A DNA stretch of 64,000 bases from Lepidodermella squamata (taxonomy: Eukaryota; Animalia; Gastrotricha), in contig JBLDXI010000054.1 of the NCBI GenBank assembly GCA_047495785.1, positions 2,108,001-2,172,000 of the forward strand, read 5' to 3'. Of this stretch, positions 10,792 through 22,588 are shown piece after piece. The notes under the pieces were generated by a model. That model was not told the DNA's origin. It made no database searches and worked only from the letters and a program-made list of their open reading frames with translations. Position numbers and translations under genes: made by a program. Position 1 is the stretch's first letter. Every line of letters begins with the position of its first letter.

Positions 10792-12098
10792 CTAACTTGT
10801 AAGTGGGATCAGTCTATTTTCAGTAAGGTGGCGAATTTTAAAATTGAAATAGTTTCGCAACTGCGAGACGAATCCAGGTTTCAGGATCAGCAGCACCGGC
10901 CCGATAGCCATTTCGCTCATCAATACCAAATTGGCGACGCTAAAAAGCTCAGCAGTCAGCATATGCCGCGCGATGGGCGAGTCGTGAAACGTCATTAGCA
11001 CGAAGCAGAAAGTCATTGGCATGCAAAACAACGTATGCGTTAGAAAGGAAGATAAGGATAGCTGCGCGAAGAACACCTCCCGTTGAACCCACTCAGCCTC
11101 TCGCCGCGACGATCGAGCATCAAGTTTTACATTTCCCACTGAACTCGATTTCCGCCTCGCGGTTCGAATTACTTTAAAAGCCATCCTGTAACGGGAAAGG
11201 TTTTAATAAAGTCGATACATAACAAGAATTGAGACTCTCGGCAAGAAAAGCAATTCAATATTTTGGATGTGCCTTGGGTTACATTGATAGTAGCCGGCTT
11301 ATTTTTAAAAACTGTGACTTTGAACCCCAAACATGATGCTTTTCTCACTAAAGGTCTGCAAATATGATGAAGAAATTACAAACCAGTAATTTCGAGCTAA
11401 AACAGCTGAGGGGAAGAAAACGATTGCCACGCATGTGACGAGCTTGACAAATGAAGAATCGAAGTACCCGACTTTGAATTCGAATGAAGCGCATATCGGG
11501 GCGACGAAAGACCCGTTTAACCCCGAAAATTCGATGTATCGAATGCTGCTGTGAAAAGGGTATATCACTGACGGGAAGAGAATGGCGATGATAATAACCA
11601 AGGCCAATGTAGCTTGGGCGACAATTTTTTTAACATTCCCTCGTGGATTTGGCACAAATGACGTGACGTGATGCTTAACCGGCGTTCGTAGCTTATCAGC
11701 ATTAAAACAGGCGAGCAGAAGCTTGCTAGAATGTAAATAAGTGCTGTCAACGCCGAACACGAGTATTGGTCACCTTCCCAGAATCCACTACGAGCAGTCA
11801 GGGTGACTACAGTTGACGTTACGAAGCAATACGACGTGTTGGTGATGGCTAAAATAGTTATTAGAGCTAACAAATTGCTTCGAACTTTTCGTTTGTAGTA
11901 AATGATGACATTAGCTGTGCTGGCCATGACGACAAGGGCAGTTTCGAGCCAGAATAGGACTGTGAATATCAGGCGATCTCGAGGACTCTGAAAGGGGGTA
12001 TTAGCGCTTCCGATGAACCAATACCGGCCTTCATCTTCATCGTAGCCATGGCCTGGAATTACTGCGAAAATCCATGAACCATCCTGAGAAGTATTCAT
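10792..12098 (-). pseudogene. Orphan class-A-like 7TM receptor, copy A (frameshifted)
   Basis: Exons 12098-11384 and 11185-10792 (intron GTTTGT...TACAG). Hydrophobic TM segments, DRY-like ISYERR and TM7 AIGPVL. A 5-nt tandem duplication (acgtgacgtg, about 11661-11670) shifts the frame relative to paralogue B. Confidence 0.75.
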
Positions 12099-12418
12099 CT
12101 CATCGGCTCGAATTTCAACAGTTCATTATTGAAAAATATAATATTCAAATATTTACAATGGCTTGCGTTCATTTTACCCACCGAAGTCAAAGGTTTCGTA
12201 TTTCTCATCAAACAGCTTTTTCAGCCAAGCGCGCCCGTGTCCGAGTCGGATTGCATTTCGATCTCGCTTCAAGAGAAAGGGCGAAACATTTTTAGCTTCA
12301 ATTAACACTTCGTTTCGCTCAAGCTGAAGAATGGCTACGCTTTTTACTTCAAATAAATAAGTTTAAATAAAATATTTTAATTTCAATTTCAGCGATCTAA
12401 ATTTCTGTTTTGGCCATT

Positions 12419-14181
12419 TTATAATTTTTCACTGGTCTCATCAGATGCCAATTGATCATTTTCATCAAGAACACGAGGTTTCGAGCAAAAGAAGTTTTTC
12501 AGCTGTCCGCTGAACCCAGGTTTCAGTGTCTGTAGAACAGGCCCGATCGCCATCTCGGCCATCATTATCAAATTAGCGGCACAGAACAGCTCAGCAGTAA
12601 GAATTTTCCGCGCGACGGGATCGTCGTGAAATGTCATTAAAATGAAGCAGAAAGTTATCGGCAAACGGAACGTCGTATGCGTTAGGAAGGAACATAGGAA
12701 AATCTGCGCGAAAAACAACTCCTTATGCAGCCATTCAGCTTCTCGACGTGTAGATTTTGCTTCGAGCTGCGGGTTTCCAAACGTCCTGGACTTTCGCCTC
12801 GCGCTTCGAATAACTCTAAAAGTCATCCTTAATATAGAAAGAAAAATGAATAATTTGACATTATGCCGTTATGCTGCGAATGCAGTCCGGTTCGTCCTCC
12901 CACTTAGAGAAGAAGTTGAGCGACTCCGCCTCTCCGCGAACCCGGTGCCCCGTTCCCCGCTGGCCTTGATCGCCAGCAGGCTTCCTCGGGGTCCTTTGCC
13001 CACTTTCGATGTCTGATCTTGCCGCCTCTCCCTCTCCCTCTATCCTTTGCTTTCTCTTCTCTCTTCCCTTCTTCTTCCTCCCATTCTCCCTCGCTGTGTT
13101 CGATAAATCATCCATCACCCCGCCCACTTGTGTCCACAGCGCACTGCCGCCGGCAAGCGCATATAATCTCGCGACCCCGCGTCATTGATATCTTTACTTA
13201 TTTTGTCTCCCATATCAATGAACAATAAATATTTGAATTTAGAATTTAGACAAAAATGGATTCTAACCACTAAAATTGGGTTCCTAGCGCTACATTTCCC
13301 CGATTTCACGTTTTCCTTTCACGATCAATTCTAACGCATCCTACAACCCTGGGTTTTGGCTGCATATTTGAAAAAATTGAGATTCTGAGGAGAAAACTCG
13401 AAAACCCAAATTTTAGGACCTCAAATTCAGAGCTGGAACTTTCAGTTTGGGTTAAGGGTGTCCACAAAAATACATACCAATAGTTTCGAGCCAAAATAGC
13501 CGATGGGACGAATGCAATAGTCGCACATGTGATGAGCTTAAGAAATGAAGTATCCAAATAGCCGACTTTGAATTCAAATAAGCCGCAAAAAGGGGCAACA
13601 AAAGACCCATTTTGACTCGAAAATTCGATGTATTGAACGCTGTTAGTGAATGGGTATATCACCGACGGGAAGAGGAGGGCCGTGATCACTAATATGGCCA
13701 ATGTAGCTTGACCGAGGACTCTCCTAACATTGCATTTTGCATTCGGGACCAAGCACGTGATGCTTAATCGGCGTTCGTAGCTAATCAGCATCAAAACAGG
13801 CGAGCAACAGCTTGCTAGAATGTAAATTATCGCTGTTATTACCGAACAGGAGTTGGAATCACCCTCCCAATAACCGCCTCGAGCCGTCATGGTAAGTATA
13901 CTTGAAGTGATAATGCAGTAAGCCGAGTTGACAAAAGCGAAAATTGCTACTAGGGCTGTAAAATCGGCCCGAATTTCTCGCTTGTAGTAACTGATAACAT
14001 TGGCTGCGCTTGCGATGACGACTAGGACAGTCACGAGCCAGTATAAAATTGTGGATGAAACGCGATTTTCAAGACTTTGAAAGGGTGTATTGACGTTCCC
14101 GATGAACCAATACCGGCCCTCATCGTAGCCATGTCCTGGAATTACAGCGAAAACCCACGAACCATCGTGCGGCTTATTCAT
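12419..14181 (-). CDS. Orphan class-A-like 7TM receptor, copy B (intact)
   Basis: Exons 14181-13478 and 12827-12419 (the phase-2 join gives W-M-T-F-R). Multiple hydrophobic helices, a Cys at the top of TM3 and in ECL2, ISYERR and MAEMAIGPVL. Colinear with copy A. Confidence 0.78.
12864..13249 (+). mobile_element. 5'-truncated Jockey/I-like LINE 3' end inside the 7TM-B intron
   Basis: Encodes RYAANAVRFVLPLREEVERLRLSANPVPRSPLALIASRLPRGPLP, nearly identical to 54340-54490. Pyrimidine-rich 3' UTR with an AATAAA and (TTTAGAA)-type tail. Confidence 0.85.
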
Positions 14182-14930
14182 GTGTAATGGGAAATCTAAA
14201 AAGGCGGATATAAAATCAAGATTCAATACTAAGAGGGGAAAAACTACTCAGTTGCGAAATTCTTTCCTCTTCGTAAAATAAAGCAGTCCATAGAAAAATC
14301 CGTAAAAAAAGTCCGTAAAACCAGTACGTTAAAAAATGCAGATTTAATTTTATTTTTGAGCCCCTTATTCCACTTCCTTACCCTAATGGCATGGATCAAG
14401 CTAAATAACATTTCACCATGCCGTCCTGACAAAAATTTATAGTCAGTGTGGTCGCTAATTGCATAGCGCGAAAAAATCATGTTCTAGATCGATCGATCCA
14501 CGGCTTTGGTATTTGGCTCAATAAACTCACCTGCTTTTGAAGCCAACTATTTACTCACCGGTGGCCCCTTCAAAATCGTTATTTGATGGCAGTTAAACTT
14601 TTTGGAACGAAACCAGCGAAATATCACGCGCGTACATATGCATCCATTATGGTCGTGTTTCCTTGAAAGGAATGGGAGCTTCATTCTATTTTCCGCTATT
14701 ATCAAAAATGAACAACAGTTCACGAATGGATGCCGAGCTATGATCCTCATGGTCTAAAATCGATAAATTCAGTTGAATAATTAATAAATTGGAGCCAAAA
14801 TGAAAAACTGAAAAATGCACCGGAATCGATCACCGATATTGATTATCATTACTTTCTTTATTGGGCTATTGACCTATAGGCAACAACGTGGTTTTTGCAG
14901 TTACAACCCCAAGCACCATGACAGATTCAA

Positions 14931-15179
14931 TCAGTTTTTCAGTGATAGATCAAGCGGTGCATCAACAGCTTGTTCAGACGTTTTCTCTCCAACACTCGCA
15001 CTCGTCGGCAACAACTCCGTCGTATGAATTCGCCAGAAATCAGAATTGGCAGCGAGTTTCAGACCTTCGATTTCCAATTCCAACAATTCGTTCGCCAGTT
15101 GCAGTTTTGACTTGCGTTCCTCAAGCTCGGTTATTTCCGCGCTGCTTTTCACAACTTCTTCAGCAAGGGCCGATAACAT
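14931..15179 (-). CDS. Small coiled-coil protein with a C-terminal PLDLS (CtBP-binding) motif; finger-less paralogue of the ZF gene
   Basis: MLSALAEEVVKSSAEITELEERKSKLQL...DAPLDLSLKN. Aligns without gaps to the 40-aa ORF and to the ZF N-terminus. Confidence 0.55.
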   Translation of the reverse strand: MLSALAEEVVKSSAEITELEERKSKLQLANELLELEIEGLKLAANSDFWRIHTTELLPTSASVGEKTSEQAVDAPLDLSLKN

Positions 15180-15298
15180 TCTTGAATACAATTAACGACT
15201 AAAACTTATAAAAAAAACTAGAGGCAATTGAACACTTGGGCTATAATTTTCCAATTACGTTGCGAAATACAGTCATTAATTTCAGTTGCAGCTCCATT

Positions 15299-15421
15299 TC
15301 AAACTGGCGGATGCCGATATTCTCTCAGCTGCAGTTGCAACCTCGTCGCCCGCGCTTCCAGCTCGAAGATTTCCTTCTTCAGCTTCTCTATTTTCGACTT
15401 GTTCACTGATAACATATTCAT
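15299..15421 (-). CDS. 40-aa coiled-coil ORF (paralogous to its neighbours; below the ORF-track cutoff)
   Basis: MNMLSVNKSKIEKLKKEIFELEARATRLQLQLREYRHPPV, preceded by an AG acceptor (aatttcag). Confidence 0.4.
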   Translation of the reverse strand: MNMLSVNKSKIEKLKKEIFELEARATRLQLQLREYRHPPV

Positions 15422-15510
15422 CAACGCTGAAATTAGCATTTTACTTACTAAAATTTGAAAAAGATGTAACATTACAGTTTTATCAAAAATATTAGTCAGC
15501 TATATGACTC

Positions 15511-16254
15511 TCATGACACCTGAACTTTGTGAATTTTCCCCGTGTGCTGGGCGGCGCCTTGCTGCGAAATAAACATTCGATCGCACAATTTGCATGGAAA
15601 AAGTTTGGGCATGCTTCGACGTCTTTCAATAGCAACATTTAGCCGTATCAGACCACTGGACAGAGCAGCTTGTTTGTGCGCTTTGAACAGATGTAGGTGA
15701 AGACCGTTCCGTGAGGCAAACCTCCCATCGCACATCGAACAAGTCAGGCGTCGTACAGTTTTAATTGCGGAGGTTTTCTTCTGGCGATGGGCGATAGTAA
15801 AATGTGTCAACATAGCCTTCTTCGTCAAGAATTTCTTATCGCAGCTTTTGCACGGAATGGTGAGGGGTCTTCCTAGTTTTTGAAGGTCATGCGTCAATGA
15901 GAAATGCCTTGTTCGACTATCCAAACGCTTGAACGACTTCATGCATAAACAGCATCTGAAGATCGATAGGTCATTAGGACGATGCGTAGTTAAATCGACT
16001 GGAGCTTCGAGAATGGCGCCTATGAGTTTGTGCGATTCGATTCCGCGAAATTTTAGATCGCCTTCATTCACTGTGATGTATGCTGATTTGTTGAGATCGG
16101 GTAGCCTTCGTATTCGGAGCAACATTGCAACTTCTTCGGATTGCCGCCTGTGAACGGTTTCAAGCTTTGCGATTTCCACCCGTAACTCTTCAGCGTACTT
16201 CCTAGCCTCAGACAAGTCTTGAATGGCCATAAGTAAGATAGATGGGAGAAACAT
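15511..16254 (-). CDS. C2H2 zinc-finger protein (4 spaced fingers) with an N-terminal coiled coil and a PVDLT motif
   Basis: CCLC..HFSLTH, CKSC..HFTIAH, CSMC..HLFKAH and CKLC..HTGKIH. Confidence 0.85.
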   Translation of the reverse strand: MFLPSILLMAIQDLSEARKYAEELRVEIAKLETVHRRQSEEVAMLLRIRRLPDLNKSAYITVNEGDLKFRGIESHKLIGAILEAPVDLTTHRPNDLSIFRCCLCMKSFKRLDSRTRHFSLTHDLQKLGRPLTIPCKSCDKKFLTKKAMLTHFTIAHRQKKTSAIKTVRRLTCSMCDGRFASRNGLHLHLFKAHKQAALSSGLIRLNVAIERRRSMPKLFPCKLCDRMFISQQGAAQHTGKIHKVQVS

Positions 16255-17128
16255 TTAGAAAGACTATTTCTCAATGCTCAGGTCAAATAATTCCGATGAC
16301 TCCGCAGGCATAAGTCAATTAAATTAGCTGCAACAGCGGTGTGTCAAATAATGAGACATGAAGTGTGTGCAGAAGTGCGCGCCCAATGTGCACGACCTAG
16401 AGCATTGCTACTTAGCGCTCTCTTACACATTCAGCCGAAGCAATTAGGAAGCAATGGGCGGTAACGGGTTAAAAAATCGAGTCTGATATTTCACCATTTT
16501 ATGAGGTAAAGGTGCGTTGGCGGAGAAATGTTTAGGTCCTTGTTTGATCCATGCTTCAATTTGTTTTCTCCATTTTCGGTCAATGGGGAAAATGGGCGAA
16601 AACTATTGGTGATTCAATCGTTTGGTATCATTTCAATAGCCTACTATCATTATAAAGTATTGCTGATCTATCTATGGTTTCCACGCGTCTCCCACAACAT
16701 CACCCATGCTTTCGTGTGAGACTATCCATCAGCCATCAGGTATTGCAAGCGATGCGGCATAACGATCGTCTGACGGTAAAGTCTTCACGCTTTCGTTTTC
16801 CTGAGCGATAATATTTTACACGCAATGGGATAAATGAATTCACGCAATCACGCATCATGCAATGAGTCTCATGCCCATTGTGTTTGTCTTTGTTTTTTGT
16901 GTGTCACTGTATGGTAAATTGAGTTCCGCTGTTGTTTAGTGGGTAATTGATTGATTGGTAATATTCGATAGGTTGCGGATAGGTAATTTTGAATGGGATT
17001 ACTAATCTACCGCGTCGCTATACAAGGAAAAACAGCTTCCATCTCCCTAGTTTATGCAAGCCTAATCAGTTTCTTCTCGCTTTACAAAAGACGGCTCTTC
17101 ATAGCGCATCTTCCTTCCAATTGTCACT

Positions 17129-17174
<46 letters not shown>
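17129..17174. repeat. (TTAG)n microsatellite, about 11 units
   Basis: Directly visible perfect tetranucleotide run. Confidence 0.95.
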
Positions 17175-17175
<1 letters not shown>

Positions 17176-19432
17176 TAACTTTAAAATATAAACCAGTTTC
17201 GTGAGCTGAAACTATGGACTATGGTTTCGTGCCCTTCTTGCAAACGCTGGCCGGCTTGCCTACAAAACGATCCGGGATTCCTACGGAACGAAGTGAAAAC
17301 TACACAGCTCCCATTGCATCACTAATGACGCTAAATTAGAAATACATGACTAAAATATTATTACAAAACTTATAAAATTTTAGGAAATATTTTTAAGAGA
17401 AATTAATATAATATTCGAAATTGCGCGCCATATTTGAAAACTTGAAAGCGGAGAGCGGAGACCATCGAACCCTAACTAAGTATATAAATGTAATATACTT
17501 TATTTTCTTTTATAGCTCCGTCATTAAATTATCTATATTTTAGCTCCGTGGATTTACCTCTTGTAAATTATCTCTACTCTTGTAAATAATTCTCCAACTA
17601 GTCTTTTGGTAGCTTTCTTGCTACGACGGCGTTTGTAGGCTTCGCTGAGTGAGTGGAAAAGCCACCTGGGCACTAATGCCTGGGCCCTGGAGAAACAGTC
17701 AGCAATAACTGGAGTACCAGGGGTAGGGATTTCAATCAAGTAGTTAGTAAACCAGTTCAAACTTTCCTAGAGCGTAAGCTCGCGATTTTCTCACAAGCTC
17801 CGCCTTATGGCGAAAGCTTGAGTCCGTCAGGGCGAGGAGAAATCGTAATTCCTGATCCTGATCCTGATCCTGACCCGATCCTCAGAGACGAAAACTCCTG
17901 ACAGTACTGCTGAAAGCAGAATATGTGGACAATTTCGTCTACACAAAGAAGAGGTAACTCGCCACCTTACCTCGACGCGCTTATCTGCGTCCGTTGGATG
18001 GAAGAGCGCCTTAGTGCGAATCCAACACTATTATACATACATGCATACATACATTTGAAAGCGCCCCTTCTCTGCCCCTAACATCGAATTATCGGCGACA
18101 GGCCTAACATTCAACCCAAGACCCAAGCCCTGTTAAATCACCAGAATTGGTGTCAGGGTCTAACTTCCATTCATCCATCCATCCCCACCGATCGACTGGT
18201 ATCGCTCTTGGATGTTCTTTAGCTAAGGTTTTTGACTGATGGTATTCTCGATTACGCCCGCAGCCACCGCTTAAGGGCGTAGACGTTAGACGTGTGTGGC
18301 CATACTCCTCTAGTGGTCGGAATGCTCAGAGAAACGAGCATCTAAATATTTTGCCGTCATCCTCAGCCAGGCCCAGTTAGGGGCGTTCAGTAGAAGGGCA
18401 GTTCAGTCCTCTTGGATTCTTGTCGGACTAGCCACTACACTGACCTTATGGTCATGTCGTTGAGTCTTGAGTCGTTCGCGGCGTCCGGTTTGTTAGTACC
18501 ATACCCTACCCTAGTTGGTGTTTCATGCAATTTATTTTTGTATTCAGATGTCCCATCTCTGCGCCTAAACCCGAACAAAAGGAATTATCGGTGACATGTC
18601 TTACTTATCAACCCTAGCCATGTTAAATCTCCAGAATTGGTCTTGGGGTCCATCCATGTTTCGTGCTGTATGTGTTCGGGTGTTGAGTATTAGAATGAGA
18701 CTGCTAGCGACGCGCAGAGAAAGGGCTCATTATCATTATTTCATGCTCCAACATCTGAATCGTTGTCGTAATTCTCAGTCAGACCGGGTTATCGGCCTTC
18801 AGCTGCAGCCAGTTCAGTCCTCTCGGATGCTTGTCGGACCAGTCCAGTCTCCGACTTGTCCAACTATTTTATTAGATCGGTGAAGTTTATATTTATCTAT
18901 TTTTTACTCTATTGTCCAGTGTTGGAAGAGTTTAGCCGCCGCACTCAGTATGAGAGGAGGAAGATCATAGATTATTGATGGTCGATACGGCTGGTCAAGA
19001 TTGCACTCCTGCCTGCTGCGAGTACATCCTTGTCAATGGCTCTTTATTCTTGATAATAGCTTCTCCAACAAACTTCGTACTTCCTTTGGGTGTTACATTA
19101 AATTTACACCTGCTTCTAAGTAATCAAAGCCGAGTGCACTTGTAGGTTTTGCACGCCATTCTTTCCGAATTCCCAGACCCAGCTACCAGCTATTGTATAT
19201 GGATTAGCAAGCTTTCGTAGACATTGTGAATCTTCACTGCCCAAGTTTTATTTCTTCGGGACCTGAGGATATATTAGAGCAGGCAGCATTCGGAGTTTTT
19301 CTCGTCAGACTTTCTTACTAAGCAGGAAGCAAGACACAATGTACTATCTAGGAACAGACTGGTCAAAATTTGATGAACTTCTTTGTTTTCATTTAGTGTT
19401 TATTTCGGTTATTGTTGACTGTTCAACCCACG

Positions 19433-19882
19433 ATGGATCCAACGGTGAGTGGCACATAGTTTTGAGAAATTCATCACTACATTTATTTGTTGCTTATTCA
19501 GATTCTTCGACAGGGCCGGCGTCCAGCCTTGTGCAGGCGCGATTCTCGTTTACTAGAGCTGGCTCATCACCAAATTGTTGCCTTGACCAAGGAATGCAAG
19601 CTAGAAAGGTTGGAAAAGGGAGACTTGGAATTCAACATCAAGTTTATGAAGGAATCAAGCCTTGAAGAGAGGAGAAGAAATTCGGAAGAAATTCAAGCTG
19701 TAATAAAATGCATGACCGACTGGGGAACGAAAGAGCTTGCTAGGACGAGAGAGTTTTACGAAAAACAAATGATTCAGCTAATCAGCAACACAAATAAGGA
19801 GTTGAACGAGGCGAAGGTGGAGATTGACAAGCTAAAAGCGGAGATCGAACGACTGAGTTCGTCAGCAAACCCATCAACCTGA
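19433..19882 (+). CDS. Small coiled-coil protein, tandem copy 1
   Basis: Exon 1 ATG GAT CCA ACG (19433-19444), intron GTGAGT...TTCAG (19445-19501), exon 2 19502-19882. Heptad-rich, with AATAAA at about 19976. Confidence 0.7.
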
Positions 19883-20178
19883 TCGGCAATAGCTGAATCG
19901 CCCGACAATTTGTTTGAGTTTGCGGATATTATATTCAAACTTTTTATATCTTGAATATTTACTATTTATCTGCTCAATAAAACTAACAGTTTAATAAAAC
20001 AACTAACTGCGTTTTGAAATTTCGCAATATTGCAAGATGGCAAGGCTAATATTTGTTGATTTGTTCAACTTTTTTTTACTAATCATAAATTACCAAGGAA
20101 CCGACTTGTGAAAATATGAAGGACTTCTTTGTTTTCATTTAGTGTTTATTTCGGTTATTGTTGACTGTTCAACCCACG

Positions 20179-20617
20179 ATGGATCCAACGGTGAGTGGCA
20201 CATAGTTTTGAGAAATTCATCACTACAGTTATTTTATTGCTTATTCAGATTCTGCGACAGGGCCGGCGTCCAGCCTTGTGCAGGCGCGATTCTCGTTTAC
20301 TAGAGCTGGCTCATCACCAAATTGTTGCCTTGACCCGGGAATGCGAGCGAGAAAGGATGGAAAAGGGAGACTTGGAATCAATCATCAAGTTTTTGGAGGA
20401 ATCACACCGTGACGAGATTAGAAGAATGACGGAAGACTTGCAAGCTGTAATGGAATGCATGACCGACTTGAGAACGAAAGCGGTTGCTAGGACGAGAGAG
20501 TTTTACAAACAACAAATTAGTATCAAAGACAAGGAGTTGAACGAGGCTAAGGTGGAGATTGGCAAGCTAAAATCAGAGATCGAACAAATGATTTCGTCCG
20601 AACAACCACTAGAATAA
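20179..20617 (+). CDS. Small coiled-coil protein, tandem copy 2
   Basis: Same structure (exon 1 20179-20190, exon 2 20249-20617). The 5' half is nearly identical to copy 1. Confidence 0.7.
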
Positions 20618-20671
20618 CTGATCGGCAATAGCTGAACCGCCCGAACAATTTGTTGGAGTTTGCGCATATTA

Positions 20672-21531
20672 CACCTTTTTTCCTTTGCAATTTCATTATT
20701 TTTATTAGAGAAACACGTGTTTATTTTTTCATAATTCTCAGCGTATTCATCTTATTCATTTTCTTACTTTTTTCTACCTAAGGATTTACTCCATCTTCGA
20801 AGGTTCGCTGTATGCGAATACGAAACCTGAATTGGATGAATTTGGTATCAAATTGAAGCTAGAGATCTGATCTATCTAGCTGTGAAATTAGAATACTGGA
20901 TGCATTTTTGATCTTGGAGGTATTCAACGTTTTAGCTGACTGGTTGTTCGGAAAGTTTCTTATGATTTTACCTACAATAATGTTTATTTTTCAACAAATA
21001 ACTACTAAGGAATTATTCATTTACTTAGTCTTCGCTAATTTCATCATTTCATGATGAAACCAAAGCAATATTTGTGAAAACTACCTCAGCGTCCAGGTGA
21101 GCTATTGCCCAAAATGCTACTGAAGCCCAATTTTTCGAGGTTCTATTGCTTCTACTCGAGATATCACCTTCGCCTGATTGGTCTAATCATTTTTGGGGAG
21201 GAGAGAGGGGCATTATACCTATAAAATATATAAACTAACCAAGGAAAACATCTTTGCAGTTCATTCTACTTACTGCTTAGTTTCTGCGAAACACATAATA
21301 ATTTTGTCGATCTGATCGCATATTTGGATAGATTAGATCTCTAGCTTCAATTTGATACCAAATTCATCCAATTCAGGTTTCGTATTCGCATACAGCGAAC
21401 CTTCGAAGATGGAGTAAATCCTTAGGTAGAAAAAAGTAAGAAAATGAATAAGATGAATACGCTGAGAATTATGAAAAAATAAACACGTGTTTCTCTAATA
21501 AAAATAATGAAATTGCAAAGGAAAAAAGGTG
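20672..21531. mobile_element. Foldback MITE with TIRs of about 200 bp and a TA target duplication
   Basis: 20672-about 20877 is the reverse complement of about 21326-21531. Flanked by TA on both sides, and the paralogous copy-1 3' UTR (gatatTAtattc, about 19925) shows the empty site. Confidence 0.9.
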
Positions 21532-22588
21532 TATATTCATACTTTTTATACCTTGCTATTCACTATTTATACCTTTTCTGCTCAATAACATTCTGGTTGA
21601 TCAATAAAAGTTGAATAAAACAACTAACTGCGTTTTGAAATATCGCGACTTTGATTGCAAGATGGAAATGCTGATATTTGTTGATCGTTGAATCAGATGA
21701 GAGATCTCTTATTGAAAAACGAAAAAATCAAGCTGAATTTTCGTGAGTTTGTAGGATTTCAGGAAAAATTTCCTCCCATTTCTTAGTGCGGTTTGAACGG
21801 GAATGGAAGATTTTCTTAACTCAGCTTTTCTGGAGGATTTTGAATTTTCAGAATTTAGACCTCTAGCAGGCTCGAATCCACCTTAAAATATGGGGAACTC
21901 TAAGTGTCCCCGAAAAGGCTTATCCATTTAGGTTGACGTGAAGGCATTAGCTTGATTCCCTCAACATTGTTTAAAACAGATCCGAAAAATCGCGACTGCG
22001 CATGAGGAATAAAACATCTGAATTTATTGCGCGACTATTATCATCAATTTATGCAAAAAAAACATGTTTAGGGCGCATTTTTTCAAAATTAGCAATTTAC
22101 ACCCGCAAACTTAAAAACCCATTTTCTCAGCAACCCTGATGACTATCAACCTTTTTTTGAAATCGATTTACGTTTACTTGTTTCTGGTAACTAGGAGACG
22201 TGGGGATGAATCCATAATTTCGAGCTTTTACAGTAAGCCTCAAATCGCAAAAAGTCGTTATTCGTCATTATTCATCAAATATCGCTTTATTTTTTCTGTT
22301 TCATCAAGTCTTTCCGCCATTCAAGTAGAATAATGTTACAAGTCTGATAATATAACAGTTGTAGTAAAAGAGCAGCCTATATATGTAATAAGTAGCAATG
22401 AAAAAGAAGCAAGACATCTAGTGATTAGCGGATCTCTCTCTTTCTACAGTGAATGTTTCGCGTATAAATATTCGCTCATCGAAAAAAGCAGTAAAACCCT
22501 GGGTACGTATCATATATGTGTTGCGTTTTTTTTATCAAATACAGAGGCGCAGAAACAGACTGGTTATTAAAGTATAAAAAAAAACCGC

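Noticed and set aside
17129-17174. Interstitial telomere repeat
   Set aside because: The unit is TTAG, not TTAGG or TTAGGG, so it is treated as a microsatellite or retroelement tail.
17180-19330. Possible degraded retroelement fragments (LNWFTNYL, 33-bp repeats at about 18399 and 18809, (CCTGAT)n) and a possible hammerhead near 17195
   Set aside because: No continuous ORF, and no complete CUGAnGA/GAAA core was found, so a family cannot be supported.
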